Assembly (NCBI GenBank): GCA_965223265.1
Contig: OZ244999.1
Location: 3,008,001 to 3,072,000, forward strand
Reading direction: 5' to 3'
Source: Planctomycetota bacterium
GTDB taxonomy: Bacteria > Planctomycetota > UBA8108 > SXIK01
DNA length: 64,000 bases
Shown here: positions 9,660 through 20,056 of the stretch, piece after piece
Layout of the letters: each line of letters starts with the position of its first letter
Position numbering within the stretch: position 1 is the stretch's first letter
The notes under the pieces: generated by a model
The model's input: only the letters and a program-made list of their open reading frames with translations
Databases searched by the model: none
What the model was told of the DNA's origin: nothing
Program-made: the position numbers and the translations under genes

Positions 9660-12600
9660 CTACTTCAGTGAGGCGAGGTAGTCGACGAGATCCGCAGCAT
9701 CTTGAGCCGTGAATTCGCGTAGAAGCCCCTCTGGCATGAGAGACTGTTCCTGCATCGACAGGCTCGCGATGTCGCCGTGTGACCGACGAATCTCCTTACC
9801 GTCGGCGGTTTTGATGACGACCGCACGGTCGGAGTTGTCAATCAGTATACCGGCGACGACTTCTCCGTTCGTCGTCACGAGGGCGTACGAGCGATACTTC
9901 TCCTCGATTTCAAGCGACGGCGAGAGAAGCGTTTCAAGAATCTTTTCACGTGTGTATTTTTTGCCGATCTGACTGAGGTCCGGCCCGACGCTACCGCCTT
10001 TACGCTGGATCGAGTGGCAGCTCCGGCACTGGGAAGCGACGCCGAAGAAGAACGCATGGCGCCCTCGAGTCACGTTGCCGCGGCGCGACAGAACTTCCTT
10101 CGGATCGATTTGTGGTCCCAGTCGCTTGGTGCGTCGCTCCGGCGGCAGGAAGCGTTCGAACAGTTCCCGAACGTTGATGTCGTCTGCCTGGCTGCCGGCG
10201 GCGATCAGCTGCCGGCGCGCCGTGGCGACCATCGACTGCCCGCCAATCCGCGTCTGCGAGGCGAGTGCGTGAGAGAGGGCGAGAGCACGCCGTGGCGACC
10301 ACGCCCGAGGGGGCGAGTTCTCAGGCGCCTTGTTACCGTTGCTGCGAGATCGCACCTGATTCGCAATCTGTGCTGCGAATTGTTCGGTGGCCTGAGCTTC
10401 GTCGCGAGCTGCGGTCACGTCGCCGAGCGACACGATCCAATCGTGGATGAGGTCAACACCACGCTGGTCGATTTCGGTCGCACCGGCGTGTGGCATGCGG
10501 CCGCGACCGTGCTTGCTCATACGATAGAAGAGGACGGACGCGTAAGGATCACCAGCCGCGATCACGGCGGGCGCCTCGAGCCCGAAGTCTCCTTGGGACG
10601 GGCGCGCGCCGATCGTGAGTGTTTGCTCGAGCGGCAATCGGTAGTTGAGATGGATCATTGACGTGCCGCCGCCGCCGGGGCGGTGACAGTGATAACAATT
10701 GGAGTGGAGGTACGAGCGCGCCCGCGCCGTCAGACCGGCAGCGGCGTCAAAAGGGTCCACCATCGCGGCGTACTCTTTAGGCCGCTGTCGCCGGGATGCC
10801 AGCAGACCGAGGCGTTCGAGGCGTTGCAGTTGGTTCTCGCGCCTTCCGTCGTGTGAGACGTCACGATCGAGCTGGATTTCGTCGACGCCGAGCACGGAGC
10901 CAAGCTTGTCGGTGTGGCAGACGCTGCACTCTGCGCGACTCGCGATGCGCCACCCGTTGGCTCGCGACTGCGTGTTCGCATCGCTTTCGCGCCGGGCTGT
11001 CGGGTCCCTCTGCAGCCCTTCGGCCGGAGCTAGCTCTGCATCGCTCCCGGCGTCGTTCCAGATGTAGGTGTACGGTCGCCACTCTGCCGACTCGAGGTGG
11101 AGGATTTGTGTTTCGAGTCGGCGCGACGCTGATGCGCCGGCCGGCACCGCCGCCGCGACTGGCGCTGCGGATGTTGCCAGCGCTTTCACGGTAGTCGTGG
11201 CAAGTGTGTCTGCTGTGACGCGCTCGGCGCTCGCTTCCAGAGCGCCGCGAGTGAAGACGGTGCGCGCGATCACCGTGCCTTCCGGAAACGTCCAGCGCTG
11301 CGAGCTCGCGTCGATTTGCGCTTCACCGGGAATCGCGAGCAGGCGCTGCGCCACCGTTCCATCTTGCCACAGTGGTGAGTTGACCTCGTAGGGTACGACG
11401 CCAGACGCCGGTTTCAGATCACGGGTCGATTCGAACAGGCCCGTTTGACTCAACAGGCGCGGAAACTCAGCGCTTCGATCCGGCGTGTCATTGCGCTTGA
11501 GCCGGTAGATTCGACCGGTGCGTTCGTAGTCGACAAAGTAGAGTTCGCCGTGGTGATCCTCGCCGTATGCAACGATCTGCAGCGGCGTATTGACGAGCTC
11601 GACGAGCGAAGTGACGCGTTCACCGTCGTAGCGCAGGCCCCACATCTTACCAGTCGAAAAATCGCCGTAGACGTACGCGCCCGCGAGATCCTTGAGTCGC
11701 TCGCCGCGGTAGACGAAGCCGCCCGTGATCGAGCGCGACTCGTAATGATCGTGTGCAACGACGGGCGGCACGATCGGCGCCGGGCCGACGGGGTCTTCGG
11801 GGTGAACCGGCTGCGGCCCTTCGACGACGCTCCAGCCGTAGTTGTCACCTTTCTCGACGCGATAGACGAGCTCCCACATCTCCCAGCCGACGTCGCCCAC
11901 CCAGAGCTCGCCGGTGAGACGATCGAAGCTCATCTTCCATGGATTACGAAAACCGAACGCAAAGATCTCAGGCCGTGCCTGCGGCAGATGGAGGAACGGA
12001 TTGTCAGGCGGGATCGCGTATTTCAGTCCTGTCGCGCGTCGGTCTACGTCGATCCGCAGAATCGATGACAATACGTTACTGACGTCTTGGCCGACGCGAT
12101 GGCGGTCGGGCGGGTTCGGCCCGGTGCCGTCGCCGGTGGTGATGTAGAGGTAGCCATCCGGGCCGAACTTCAGACAGCCACCGTTGTGACCACCCGCAAG
12201 CCAGGAGTAGACAACCTCGTGCGTCTCCGCAATGGCGCGCGGTGGGTCGTCGCTCGTGGCGCGCATACGTGCAACGCGGCTCCCGTCGGGATCAGTCCCC
12301 GATAGCACGTAGCAGATAAAGAACGTTCGGTTGCTCTCGAAGTCGGGATGGAACGTCAGGCCATAGACGGATGCCAGATTCGGGAAGAGCGCTTTGACAT
12401 CTAAAAAGAGGTCAGGACGCTCGACGGAGGGGTCTGCCGGAAAGCTGAACACCAGCCCGTGGTTTTCCACCACAAAGAGTCGATCGCTCCCAGGTGCATC
12501 CGTGAGCGCGAGCGGGCGCTGGAATTTGAGCTTGGGGAAGGCAACCTCGAAATCGTACGGCAGAGGGGGATCCGGCATGCCGGCGACCTTGGAGGAGGCC

Positions 12601-12788
12601 CAAGGGGTCTGTCGCTTCGTGCTTTTGGGCGCGGCGTTCGACTCAGTTGCGACGGCTGACGCAGTAGCCGACGCTAAGGCGAGCAGTAAAACGATGACCC
12701 AACTGCGCGACGAGAAAGCCGTAGACGCTGCTAGAGCGCCGTCAGTCGTGAGCGTGCTGCGCGTTCCGTGCCGTGAGTGGTCATTCAT
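9660..12788 (-). CDS. PQQ-dependent sugar dehydrogenase (GSDH) family protein with multiple heme c motifs
   Basis: HNGGCLKFGPDGYLY, FAFGFRNPWKMSFD and NYGW motifs; CSVCH, CYHCH and CRSCH; C-terminal VGPDLS...SLMPEG. Confidence 0.85.
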   Translation of the reverse strand: MNDHSRHGTRSTLTTDGALAASTAFSSRSWVIVLLLALASATASAVATESNAAPKSTKRQTPWASSKVAGMPDPPLPYDFEVAFPKLKFQRPLALTDAPGSDRLFVVENHGLVFSFPADPSVERPDLFLDVKALFPNLASVYGLTFHPDFESNRTFFICYVLSGTDPDGSRVARMRATSDDPPRAIAETHEVVYSWLAGGHNGGCLKFGPDGYLYITTGDGTGPNPPDRHRVGQDVSNVLSSILRIDVDRRATGLKYAIPPDNPFLHLPQARPEIFAFGFRNPWKMSFDRLTGELWVGDVGWEMWELVYRVEKGDNYGWSVVEGPQPVHPEDPVGPAPIVPPVVAHDHYESRSITGGFVYRGERLKDLAGAYVYGDFSTGKMWGLRYDGERVTSLVELVNTPLQIVAYGEDHHGELYFVDYERTGRIYRLKRNDTPDRSAEFPRLLSQTGLFESTRDLKPASGVVPYEVNSPLWQDGTVAQRLLAIPGEAQIDASSQRWTFPEGTVIARTVFTRGALEASAERVTADTLATTTVKALATSAAPVAAAVPAGASASRRLETQILHLESAEWRPYTYIWNDAGSDAELAPAEGLQRDPTARRESDANTQSRANGWRIASRAECSVCHTDKLGSVLGVDEIQLDRDVSHDGRRENQLQRLERLGLLASRRQRPKEYAAMVDPFDAAAGLTARARSYLHSNCYHCHRPGGGGTSMIHLNYRLPLEQTLTIGARPSQGDFGLEAPAVIAAGDPYASVLFYRMSKHGRGRMPHAGATEIDQRGVDLIHDWIVSLGDVTAARDEAQATEQFAAQIANQVRSRSNGNKAPENSPPRAWSPRRALALSHALASQTRIGGQSMVATARRQLIAAGSQADDINVRELFERFLPPERRTKRLGPQIDPKEVLSRRGNVTRGRHAFFFGVASQCRSCHSIQRKGGSVGPDLSQIGKKYTREKILETLLSPSLEIEEKYRSYALVTTNGEVVAGILIDNSDRAVVIKTADGKEIRRSHGDIASLSMQEQSLMPEGLLREFTAQDAADLVDYLASLK

Positions 12789-13078
12789 GGATACTAGCGT
12801 ACTGACTTACCAGCAGAGCGTCCATGGCGCAATCGGTTGGCAATCATCGCGCGTCGGGATCGGATGTGATCTTTTCGCCACCTGTTGCCGCCTGCTAGAG
12901 ACTCCATGCGTGATGGTTGCATTGCGAGGACGATGTTTGGGAGACTTCAGAACTTGGTGACGCGCTGGCGCAGCGGCTCACGTAGGGTGTTTGGCCTGGC
13001 GAAACTCGCATGAATCCCTCACGACGAGCGGGCACCGCGCGGTACACTGTCGCCCTTTCGTGCGGACTATCAGGAACC

Positions 13079-14560
13079 ATGACAGCAGCTAACGACCAGC
13101 GATTTCCCCGCCTCGGTTCTATGACTTGCGAGGAGTTCAAACGTCACCTCGCCGTGTGCGCGGCGGACGTCCCGTGCGACGAGCGCATCTTACGAGGTGA
13201 GGAGTCGCCCTTGGCGGCGCCTTTGAAGTTCGGCCCACTCACCGTCGGCAATCGCTGGGTGGTGCATCCGATGGAGGGTTGGGACGGCACGGCTGAAGGC
13301 GGCCCGGGCGAATTGACGCTGCGGCGTTGGCAACACTTCGGCGAGAGCGGGGCCAAGTTGATCTGGGGCGGAGAAGCGGTCGCGGTGCGCTACGACGGAC
13401 GCGCCAATCCTCATCAACTCGTCTGCGTCGAGGCGACGGAGGCGGGGCTCGCACGCCTTCGCAACACACTGATCGGGGCGCATTCAACCCGCTTCGGCGG
13501 CACGGACGGACTGGTCGTCGGCCTGCAACTGACGCACTCGGGACGCTTCGCGCGGCCGAACGAAAAGACGAAGCCGGAACCGCGGGTTGCTTACCGCCAC
13601 CCGATTCTAGACCGGCGAGTGGGTATTGCGAGCGACGACGCGGTGCTGTCGGATGCCGAAGTCGACGATCTCATTGGCGATTTCGCCGCCGCAGCGAAGC
13701 GTGCTGAAGAGATCGGTTTTTCGTTTGTCGATATCAAGCACTGCCACGGGTATCTGCTGCATGAGTTTCTTGGCGCGCACACGCGGCCTGGCCGCTACGG
13801 AGGTTCCTTTGAGAATCGAACGCGCCTCTTGCGAGAACTCATCGCAGCGGTGCGGCGTGAAGCGCCGAGTTTGGAGGTATGCATTCGGGTCAGTATCTTT
13901 GACATGGTGCCGTTTCGGCCCGATCCAGCCCTCTCCGAAGGCAAGCGGCTTGGGCCAGGAATTCCGGAGGACGTCTCGCACTGCCTACCGTATCGCTACG
14001 GCTTCGGCGTGGATCAGCAAGATCCATCACAGCCGGACCTGAGCGAAGGTCGGAGGCTCTTGGCGCTTTTAGGGGAGCTCGGTGTGCAGCTCGTGAGTCT
14101 CTCTGCCGGCAGTCCTTACTACAACCCGCATATGCAGCGCCCCGCGCTTTATCCTCCGTCGGACGGCTATCAGCCACCGGAGGACCCGCTCGTTGGTGTC
14201 GCGCGCCATCTGTGTGCTGTCCGTGACTTGAAGCGCGACTTTCCGAATCTCATGATGGTCGGCACTGCGTTGAGTTACTTGCAAGACTACCTGCCGCACG
14301 TCGCTCAGGCGATCGTTCGCAACGGGTGGATGGACGCCGTCGGTCTCGGACGCATGATCCTGTCGTACTGGGATCTGCCAGCGGATACCCTGGAGCGCGG
14401 TGAGCTGAAGCGAAAGCGCGTTTGTCGGACGTTTAGCGACTGCACGACGGCGCCACGAAATGGCCTCGTCAGTGGTTGCTACCCGTTGGATTCCGACTAC
14501 GCTGGATTGCCGGAAGCGAAGGAGCTGCGCGCGATCAAGTCGGGAAGGAGTCGCGGCTAG
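13079..14560 (+). CDS. NADH:flavin oxidoreductase (Old Yellow Enzyme family)
   Basis: NRWVVHPMEG, QLTHSGR and GFSFVDIKHCHGYLLHEFL...YGGSFENRTR motifs. The stop codon TAG is part of the CTAG at the left boundary of the downstream MITE. Confidence 0.9.
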   Translation: MTAANDQRFPRLGSMTCEEFKRHLAVCAADVPCDERILRGEESPLAAPLKFGPLTVGNRWVVHPMEGWDGTAEGGPGELTLRRWQHFGESGAKLIWGGEAVAVRYDGRANPHQLVCVEATEAGLARLRNTLIGAHSTRFGGTDGLVVGLQLTHSGRFARPNEKTKPEPRVAYRHPILDRRVGIASDDAVLSDAEVDDLIGDFAAAAKRAEEIGFSFVDIKHCHGYLLHEFLGAHTRPGRYGGSFENRTRLLRELIAAVRREAPSLEVCIRVSIFDMVPFRPDPALSEGKRLGPGIPEDVSHCLPYRYGFGVDQQDPSQPDLSEGRRLLALLGELGVQLVSLSAGSPYYNPHMQRPALYPPSDGYQPPEDPLVGVARHLCAVRDLKRDFPNLMMVGTALSYLQDYLPHVAQAIVRNGWMDAVGLGRMILSYWDLPADTLERGELKRKRVCRTFSDCTTAPRNGLVSGCYPLDSDYAGLPEAKELRAIKSGRSRG

Positions 14561-14764
14561 CCCGCATTTCTCACAAGATTTCGTAGCGAGGTGCCGTAAG
14601 TCGTGTCGTGGCAAGGAAGGCTTTGCGATTCGACTGTTGAGTCCGACCGAGGAGGGAGGACGAAAGTGCTTCCTGCACATTGAGGATCGAATCGTGAAGC
14701 CTGACGCAGTCCACGACGCGACTTACGGTGCCGCAGTAGGAATCTTGTGAGAAATGCGGGTTAG
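14557..14764. mobile_element. MITE-like palindromic element A (~208 bp), bounded by CTAG/TTAG
   Basis: Left end ctagcccgcatttctcacaagatt matches the reverse complement of right end aatcttgtgagaaatgcgggttag (1 mismatch); inner arms ccgtaagtcgtgtcgtgg / ccacgacgcgacttacgg; no transposase. Confidence 0.75.
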
Positions 14765-14927
14765 CAGCCCGTTGAAAAAGTCATTCGGCCGAGAAACTGG
14801 CCTCTTCACGCCCAGATCGACCGCGGCGAGCCTCGAAAATCTCGGAGATTACCTACGTTCGCCGCGGCCGATCTGGACGCGAAGCGACCAGTTTTCGACT
14901 CGAAGCACTTTTTCAACAGGCTGTTAG
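14761..14927. mobile_element. MITE B, copy 1 (159-bp body, TTAG flanks)
   Basis: TIRs cagcccgttgaaaaag / ctttttcaacaggctg, flanked by ttag on both sides; near-identical copy at 27780-27946. Confidence 0.9.
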
Positions 14928-14966
14928 ATTCGGACCATTCGCTGACAATGGAGGCCGCCGCTGGCC

Positions 14967-16118
14967 ATGACCGACGGTGTGACAGTCCGTTCGACCGATA
15001 GAGCCGTGGAAGTCGCCTACTTCAGCGCACTCTGCGGGGATGACTACGAGTTTTTAGGCGTGCCGTCCGGGACGCTTCGCAGCAGTTGGGATCACTGCCG
15101 CAGCATCACGCTCAAGGCGGATCGACTCGGTTTCAATAACATCTTGCTGCCGAACTCCTATGTCCCGGGTCAAGACACGCTGACGTTCGCCGGCGGTATG
15201 GCTGCTCTGGTCGAGAAGATCTCACTTCTCGTGGCCGTACGCTGTGGGGAGTATCACCCGCCCATGTTGGCGCGCGCGATCGCAAGCTTGGACCATATGC
15301 TTGAGGGGCGTTTGACGCTCAACATCATTTCGTCGGATATGCCCGGTACGACACTGCCGGCAGCGGCGCGCTATGCACGATCGCGTGAGGCGATTCAGAT
15401 CCTGAAGCAGGCATGGACGCAGGAACGGATCCGTTTCCGCGGCGAGTTCTATGATTTCGACCTGCCGGCGGACCCCGCCAAGCCGTTTCAACAGAGCGGC
15501 GGTCCGCTTCTTTACTTCGGCGGTATCTCCGACCCGGCGCGGGACCTTTGCGCTGAGCACTGCGACGTCTTTCTCATGTGGCCGGAAACGGAGGCCAATC
15601 TACGCACGACCATGGTAGACATGTCGCGTCGCGCAGAGGCGTACGGACGTCGCATCGACTTCGGTCTCCGAATCCACATGATCGTGCGGCAGACTGAATC
15701 GGAGGCGCGCGCCGCGGCGCGGCGATTGGTGTCGAAACTGGACGACGCCATCGGCGCTCAGATCAAAGGGCGCGCCCAGGATGCTCAGTCGCTCGGCGTC
15801 CGGCGTCAGGACGCACTGCGGGCGGCAGCCGATGCCGAGGGGTTTATTGAGCCGCTCGTTTGGTCTGGCATAGGCCGCGCGCGTTCAGGGTGTGGAAGCG
15901 CGCTCGTCGGTGACCCCGACCAGGTCACGGCGAAGATCGAACGTTACATCGACATGGGCATGCGTGCGTTCATCTTTTCCGGGTATCCACACCTCGACGA
16001 GTGCGGGCTGTTGGCGCGGTACATCCTCCCACGACTGAAGACTTGCAAGCTCGCTCACCGGCAGGGTCGTATCGTGGATGACCCAGTAACTCCACTCACG
16101 ACGGGGAAGCGAACGTGA
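14967..16118 (+). CDS. LLM-class flavin-dependent monooxygenase, probable sulfoquinovose monooxygenase (SmoC/SquD-like)
   Basis: [65 protein letters not shown] and [11 protein letters not shown] match my recollection of SQ monooxygenases. The LLM fold is secure; the substrate is inferred. Confidence 0.75.
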   Translation: MTDGVTVRSTDRAVEVAYFSALCGDDYEFLGVPSGTLRSSWDHCRSITLKADRLGFNNILLPNSYVPGQDTLTFAGGMAALVEKISLLVAVRCGEYHPPMLARAIASLDHMLEGRLTLNIISSDMPGTTLPAAARYARSREAIQILKQAWTQERIRFRGEFYDFDLPADPAKPFQQSGGPLLYFGGISDPARDLCAEHCDVFLMWPETEANLRTTMVDMSRRAEAYGRRIDFGLRIHMIVRQTESEARAAARRLVSKLDDAIGAQIKGRAQDAQSLGVRRQDALRAAADAEGFIEPLVWSGIGRARSGCGSALVGDPDQVTAKIERYIDMGMRAFIFSGYPHLDECGLLARYILPRLKTCKLAHRQGRIVDDPVTPLTTGKRT

Positions 16119-17569
16119 CGCAACCGCCGGAGACTTCAGGGCGTTGGTATGCCGCGGTGACGCGTTATCAGTGGACGGTCCTCGCGATTGCATCCCTGGG
16201 GTGGGTGTTCGATGTCTTCGAGGGGCAGATTTTCGTCGCTTCGATGAATGAAGCTCTGCCGTCGCTGCTTCCCGCTGACGCGAGGCAGCGCGTGGAGCTC
16301 TACAACAGGTTCGCTCTGGCCGCGTTCCTACTGGGGGGCGCGTGCGGCGGTGTGCTGTTCGGCGTCCTCAGTGACCGCATCGGTCGAGTCAAGACCATGA
16401 CTCTCACGATTCTCGTCTACTCGCTGTTCACGGCACTCACCGCATTCGTCGACGATTGGCGACAGATGGTGGTGCTGCGTTTCGTCGTCGCTTTGGGCGT
16501 CGGTGGCGAGTGGGCTGTCGCGAGCACGCTCGTCGCTGAAGTCTTTCCGCGCCGAGCGCGAGCGTGGGTCGGTTCGATTTTTCACGCCTCGAGTGTTGTG
16601 GGTGTCTATTTAGCCGTCGCAGTCGGCATGTTCATTGTCGCAAATGAACGCCTTGGCTGGCGCTGGGGCTTCGCCGTCGGCGCGTTACCTGCACTTCTGA
16701 CGCTGTGGATTCGCTGGCGGCTCAAGGAACCCGAGGCTTGGGTGGCGTCACGTTCGAGGACGGTCGCGGATTCTGTGAAGCAGCGCCGCGGCGGACGAGT
16801 CGGTGAGCTTTTCAGCCGCCAGCTGATTCTCCGCACCATGGTCGGAGTCGTTTTGGCGGCGACGGGAATGGCGACATTTTGGGGGGTGCACATCTACGGT
16901 AGGAACGTCCTCAAACGAAGCGCCGAGCGACAATGGGACGAGCGGGCTGCGGGATTGCGAGCTGAGGTCGTATCGCCTCCTTTCCAGGACGGAACCGAAA
17001 GTGACAACGACGCCGGGGCTGAAACCGCGGCACCGGCGCCACCTGGGACGAAGGTCGAGAGCAGTGCGAAAACGCGCGCGCTGAAGAATGCCGAGATGCT
17101 GGGGATGCTGCTCGCTGCGACCGGCGGTGGGCTCGGGCTGTTTCTTTTCGGCTGGTTCGCGAACCGTCTCGGACGCCGCTGGGCGTTCGGTCTCTTTCAC
17201 ATCGGCGGCCTGGTCGCGGCGCTTCTTCTCTTCAACGTGTTCTATGATGCGTCGCCAATCACCGTGAGCGTCGCGCTGATCGTTTTCGGTTTCCTCACGG
17301 TCGGCATGCACGCCGGCTACGCGATCTACTTCCCCGAGCTCTTCCCAACGCGCCTTCGCGGCACTGGTGCCGGCTTTTGTTTCAACATCGGGCGGGTATT
17401 CGCCGCGCCGATTCTTATCCTTGGTGGCTGGCTGCAGTCCGAAGGCGGGTTGACGCTGCCACAGACCACAAGTCTCTTGAGCTTGCTCTACATCGTCGGC
17501 CTCGTGACGCTCTTCGTCGCTCCGGAGACTCGCGGGGTGGAGCTCGAGGAGTCCGGCAGCGCGGAGTAG
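16115..17569 (+). CDS. MFS transporter
   Basis: About 12 hydrophobic segments; [17 protein letters not shown] and [11 protein letters not shown] motifs; GTGA overlap with the upstream stop. Confidence 0.92.
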   Translation: MTQPPETSGRWYAAVTRYQWTVLAIASLGWVFDVFEGQIFVASMNEALPSLLPADARQRVELYNRFALAAFLLGGACGGVLFGVLSDRIGRVKTMTLTILVYSLFTALTAFVDDWRQMVVLRFVVALGVGGEWAVASTLVAEVFPRRARAWVGSIFHASSVVGVYLAVAVGMFIVANERLGWRWGFAVGALPALLTLWIRWRLKEPEAWVASRSRTVADSVKQRRGGRVGELFSRQLILRTMVGVVLAATGMATFWGVHIYGRNVLKRSAERQWDERAAGLRAEVVSPPFQDGTESDNDAGAETAAPAPPGTKVESSAKTRALKNAEMLGMLLAATGGGLGLFLFGWFANRLGRRWAFGLFHIGGLVAALLLFNVFYDASPITVSVALIVFGFLTVGMHAGYAIYFPELFPTRLRGTGAGFCFNIGRVFAAPILILGGWLQSEGGLTLPQTTSLLSLLYIVGLVTLFVAPETRGVELEESGSAE

Positions 17570-17621
17570 TTCCGCATCGAACAGGACGACCCGCAGGTCG
17601 TGTGCGTGTGGATCTCCCAAA

Positions 17622-18725
17622 GTAGCAGGCACACGCCGTGTGCCGTCCGGACGTGAGCGTGGGCGTGAGCGTGACCGCCTCTTCAACGTAGCAGGCACAC
17701 GCCGTGTGCCGTCCGGCCTTGTCGACGTGAGCGTGAGCGTGGGCGTGGGCGCCTCTTCAACGTAGCAGGCACACGCCGTGTGCCGTTCTGGAGGTGACCG
17801 CCGACTGTGACTGTGACCGCGCGTCGTCATCGCTCGTTCTCAAGAACTCCCAGCCTCTCCGTGTGCCGTCCGGCCTTGTCGACGTGAGCGTGAGCGTGGG
17901 CGTGGGCGCCTCTTCAACGTAGCAGGCACACGCCGTGTGCCGTTCTGGAGGTGACCGCCGACTGTGACTGTGACCGCGCGTCGTCATCGCTCGTTCTCAA
18001 GAACTCCCAGCTTCTCCGTGTGCCGTCCGGCCTTGTCGACGTGACCGTGAGCGTGACCGTGACCGCCTCTTCAACGTAGCAGGCACACGCCGTGTGCCGT
18101 TCTGGAGGTGACCGCCGACTGTGACTGTGACCGCGCGTCGTCATCGCTCGTTCTCAAGAACTCCCAGCCTCTCCGTGTGCCGTCCGGCCTTGTCGAGGTG
18201 AGCGTGAGCGTGAGCGTGAGCGTGAGCGTGACCGCCTCTTCAACGTAGCAGGCACACGCCGTGTGCCGTCCGGCCTTGTCGACGTGAGCGTGAGCGTGGG
18301 CGTGAGCGTGGGCGTGGGCGCCTCTTCAACGTAGCAGGCACACGCCGTGTGCCGTTCTGGAGGTGACCGCCGACTGTGACTGTGACCGCGCGTCGTCATC
18401 GCTCGTTCTCAAGAACTCCCAGCCTCTCCGTGTGCCGTCCGGCCTTGTCGACGTGAGCGTGAGCGTGGGCGTGGGCGCCTCTTCAACGTAGCAGGCACAC
18501 GCCGTGTGCCGTTCTGGAGGTGACCGCCGACTGTGACTGTGACCGCGCGTCGTCATCGCTCGTTCTCAAGAACTCCCAGCCTCTCCGTGTGCCGTCCGGC
18601 CTTGTCGACGTGAGCGTGAGCGTGGGCGTGGGCGCCTCTTCAACGTAGCAGGCACACGCCGTGTGCCGTCCGGCCTTGTCGACGTGAGCGTGAGCGTGAG
18701 CGTGGGCGTGGAGCATGAGCGTGAG
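17622..18725 (+). repeat. Tandem array of nine GTAG-type REP hairpins with hexamer VNTR linkers
   Basis: gtagcaggcacacgccgtgtgccgt starts at 17622, 17688, 17762, 17919, 18076, 18245, 18331, 18488 and 18645; periods 66, 74, 157, 157, 169, 86, 157, 157. Confidence 0.92.
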
Positions 18726-18794
18726 TTGCGGCGGGTGCCGCCCGGTCTTGTGAGTGTGATTGCGATCGCGTGTGAGAGTGCCTCCTCCCCCGCT

Positions 18795-18880
18795 CCGGCG
18801 TCTGCTTCTGCCTCCGCTTCTGTCATCTGCCTCTGCCATCCGTCTCCGTCTCTGCCTCTGCCTCTGTCTCTGTCTCCTCC
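18795..18880. repeat. Pyrimidine-rich hexamer tract (TCTGCC/TCTGTC)n
   Basis: tctgcttctgcctccgcttctg...tctgcctctgcctctgtctctgtctcc read directly. Confidence 0.7.
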
Positions 18881-18926
18881 GCTAGAATCCCATGCGCCTC
18901 GCACAGCCCCTTGGTAAACTACCGCG

Positions 18927-19997
18927 ATGCAACACAACACGGTTCGCTTCGGACTCGTAGGCTACGGCCTCTTCGGAAAACATCACGCTGCGGCGATCGC
19001 CTCCGCCGAGGGTGGTTCGCTCGCAGCCGTCTGCGCTCCTTCGAGCGCCAGCCAGGGCGCTGCTACAGCCGCACACCCCGGTGCGTTCGTCTGCGCCGAC
19101 TATCGACAGCTCATCCGCCGCGACGACATCGACGTTGTCGATGTGGCGGCGCCGAATCATCTTCACTACGAGATCGCTGTCGCGGCGTTGAACGCGGACA
19201 AGCACGTCTTCCTCGAGAAGCCGATGGCGCTTTGCGTTCGCGAGCTCGACGAACTGGTTGCGGTTGCTGCGGCGCGGCGGCGGCTTCTTGCGATCAATCA
19301 CGAGCTTCGCCTGTCGCGGCTGTGGGGCGGTGTCAAGGAGCTCATCGACCGGGGCGTCATCGGCACGCCACGCTATGCTCTCGTCGAACTCTCGAGATTT
19401 CCCTATCGCCAAGGTGCAGACGGTTGGCGTTACGATACCGCCCGCGTTGGCAGTTGGATTCTTGAAGAGCCGATCCATTTTTTCGATCTGGCCTGTTGGT
19501 ACTTGGCATCGTGCGGCGTACCCGAATCGATCGATGCGGCCGCAAGCGCTCGCGACGGACGGCACGAACTCGAGCGCAGCGACAATTTCTCAGCGCTCGT
19601 CCGCTGGAAGAACGGAGCCTACGCCGTCGTCTCCCAGACGCTGGCGGCATTCGGACATCATGTCACAGCGAAGGTTGCCGGTGAGAAAGGCACGATTTGG
19701 GCGCGGTGGTCGGCGCCGGACGCACGTTCCTCCGCGCCCCAGTTTGAGCTGCGTTACGGGCTTGGAGACGTTGTGCAGGAGGTGGCATTCGCTGCCGTGA
19801 CCGGGGAGCTCGTCGAGCTCGCCGACCACGTCGCCGCTATCATTCAGTGCGTGAAGCACGCTGAGTCGCCACCGTGCAGCGCCGTCGACGGCCGCTTGTC
19901 ATCCTTGCTCTGCCTCGCCGCGCTTGAGTCGGCGCGGCGGTGCGCTCCCGTAGCTCTGGAAGACTTCGCTGCGGCGGGCGGTCCCGCCGCGCCCTGA
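18927..19997 (+). CDS. Gfo/Idh/MocA family oxidoreductase
   Basis: RFGLVGYGLFG, DIDVVDVAAPNHLH, KHVFLEKPMA and IHFFDL motifs. Confidence 0.92.
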   Translation: MQHNTVRFGLVGYGLFGKHHAAAIASAEGGSLAAVCAPSSASQGAATAAHPGAFVCADYRQLIRRDDIDVVDVAAPNHLHYEIAVAALNADKHVFLEKPMALCVRELDELVAVAAARRRLLAINHELRLSRLWGGVKELIDRGVIGTPRYALVELSRFPYRQGADGWRYDTARVGSWILEEPIHFFDLACWYLASCGVPESIDAAASARDGRHELERSDNFSALVRWKNGAYAVVSQTLAAFGHHVTAKVAGEKGTIWARWSAPDARSSAPQFELRYGLGDVVQEVAFAAVTGELVELADHVAAIIQCVKHAESPPCSAVDGRLSSLLCLAALESARRCAPVALEDFAAAGGPAAP

Positions 19998-20056
19998 CCG
20001 GGCAGCGACCACTCGGGGCGAGGGCCGCGCTTTTCGCGCGTACAGACTTCGCCGGG

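Noticed and set aside
17622-18725. CRISPR array
   Set aside because: The inter-repeat sequences are repeated, low-complexity and very unequal in length rather than unique spacers, and no cas genes are present.
16748-18940. Repeated minus-strand ORFs (MTTRGHSHSRR...)
   Set aside because: They are translation by-products of the tandem repeat, with no RBS or protein-like features.
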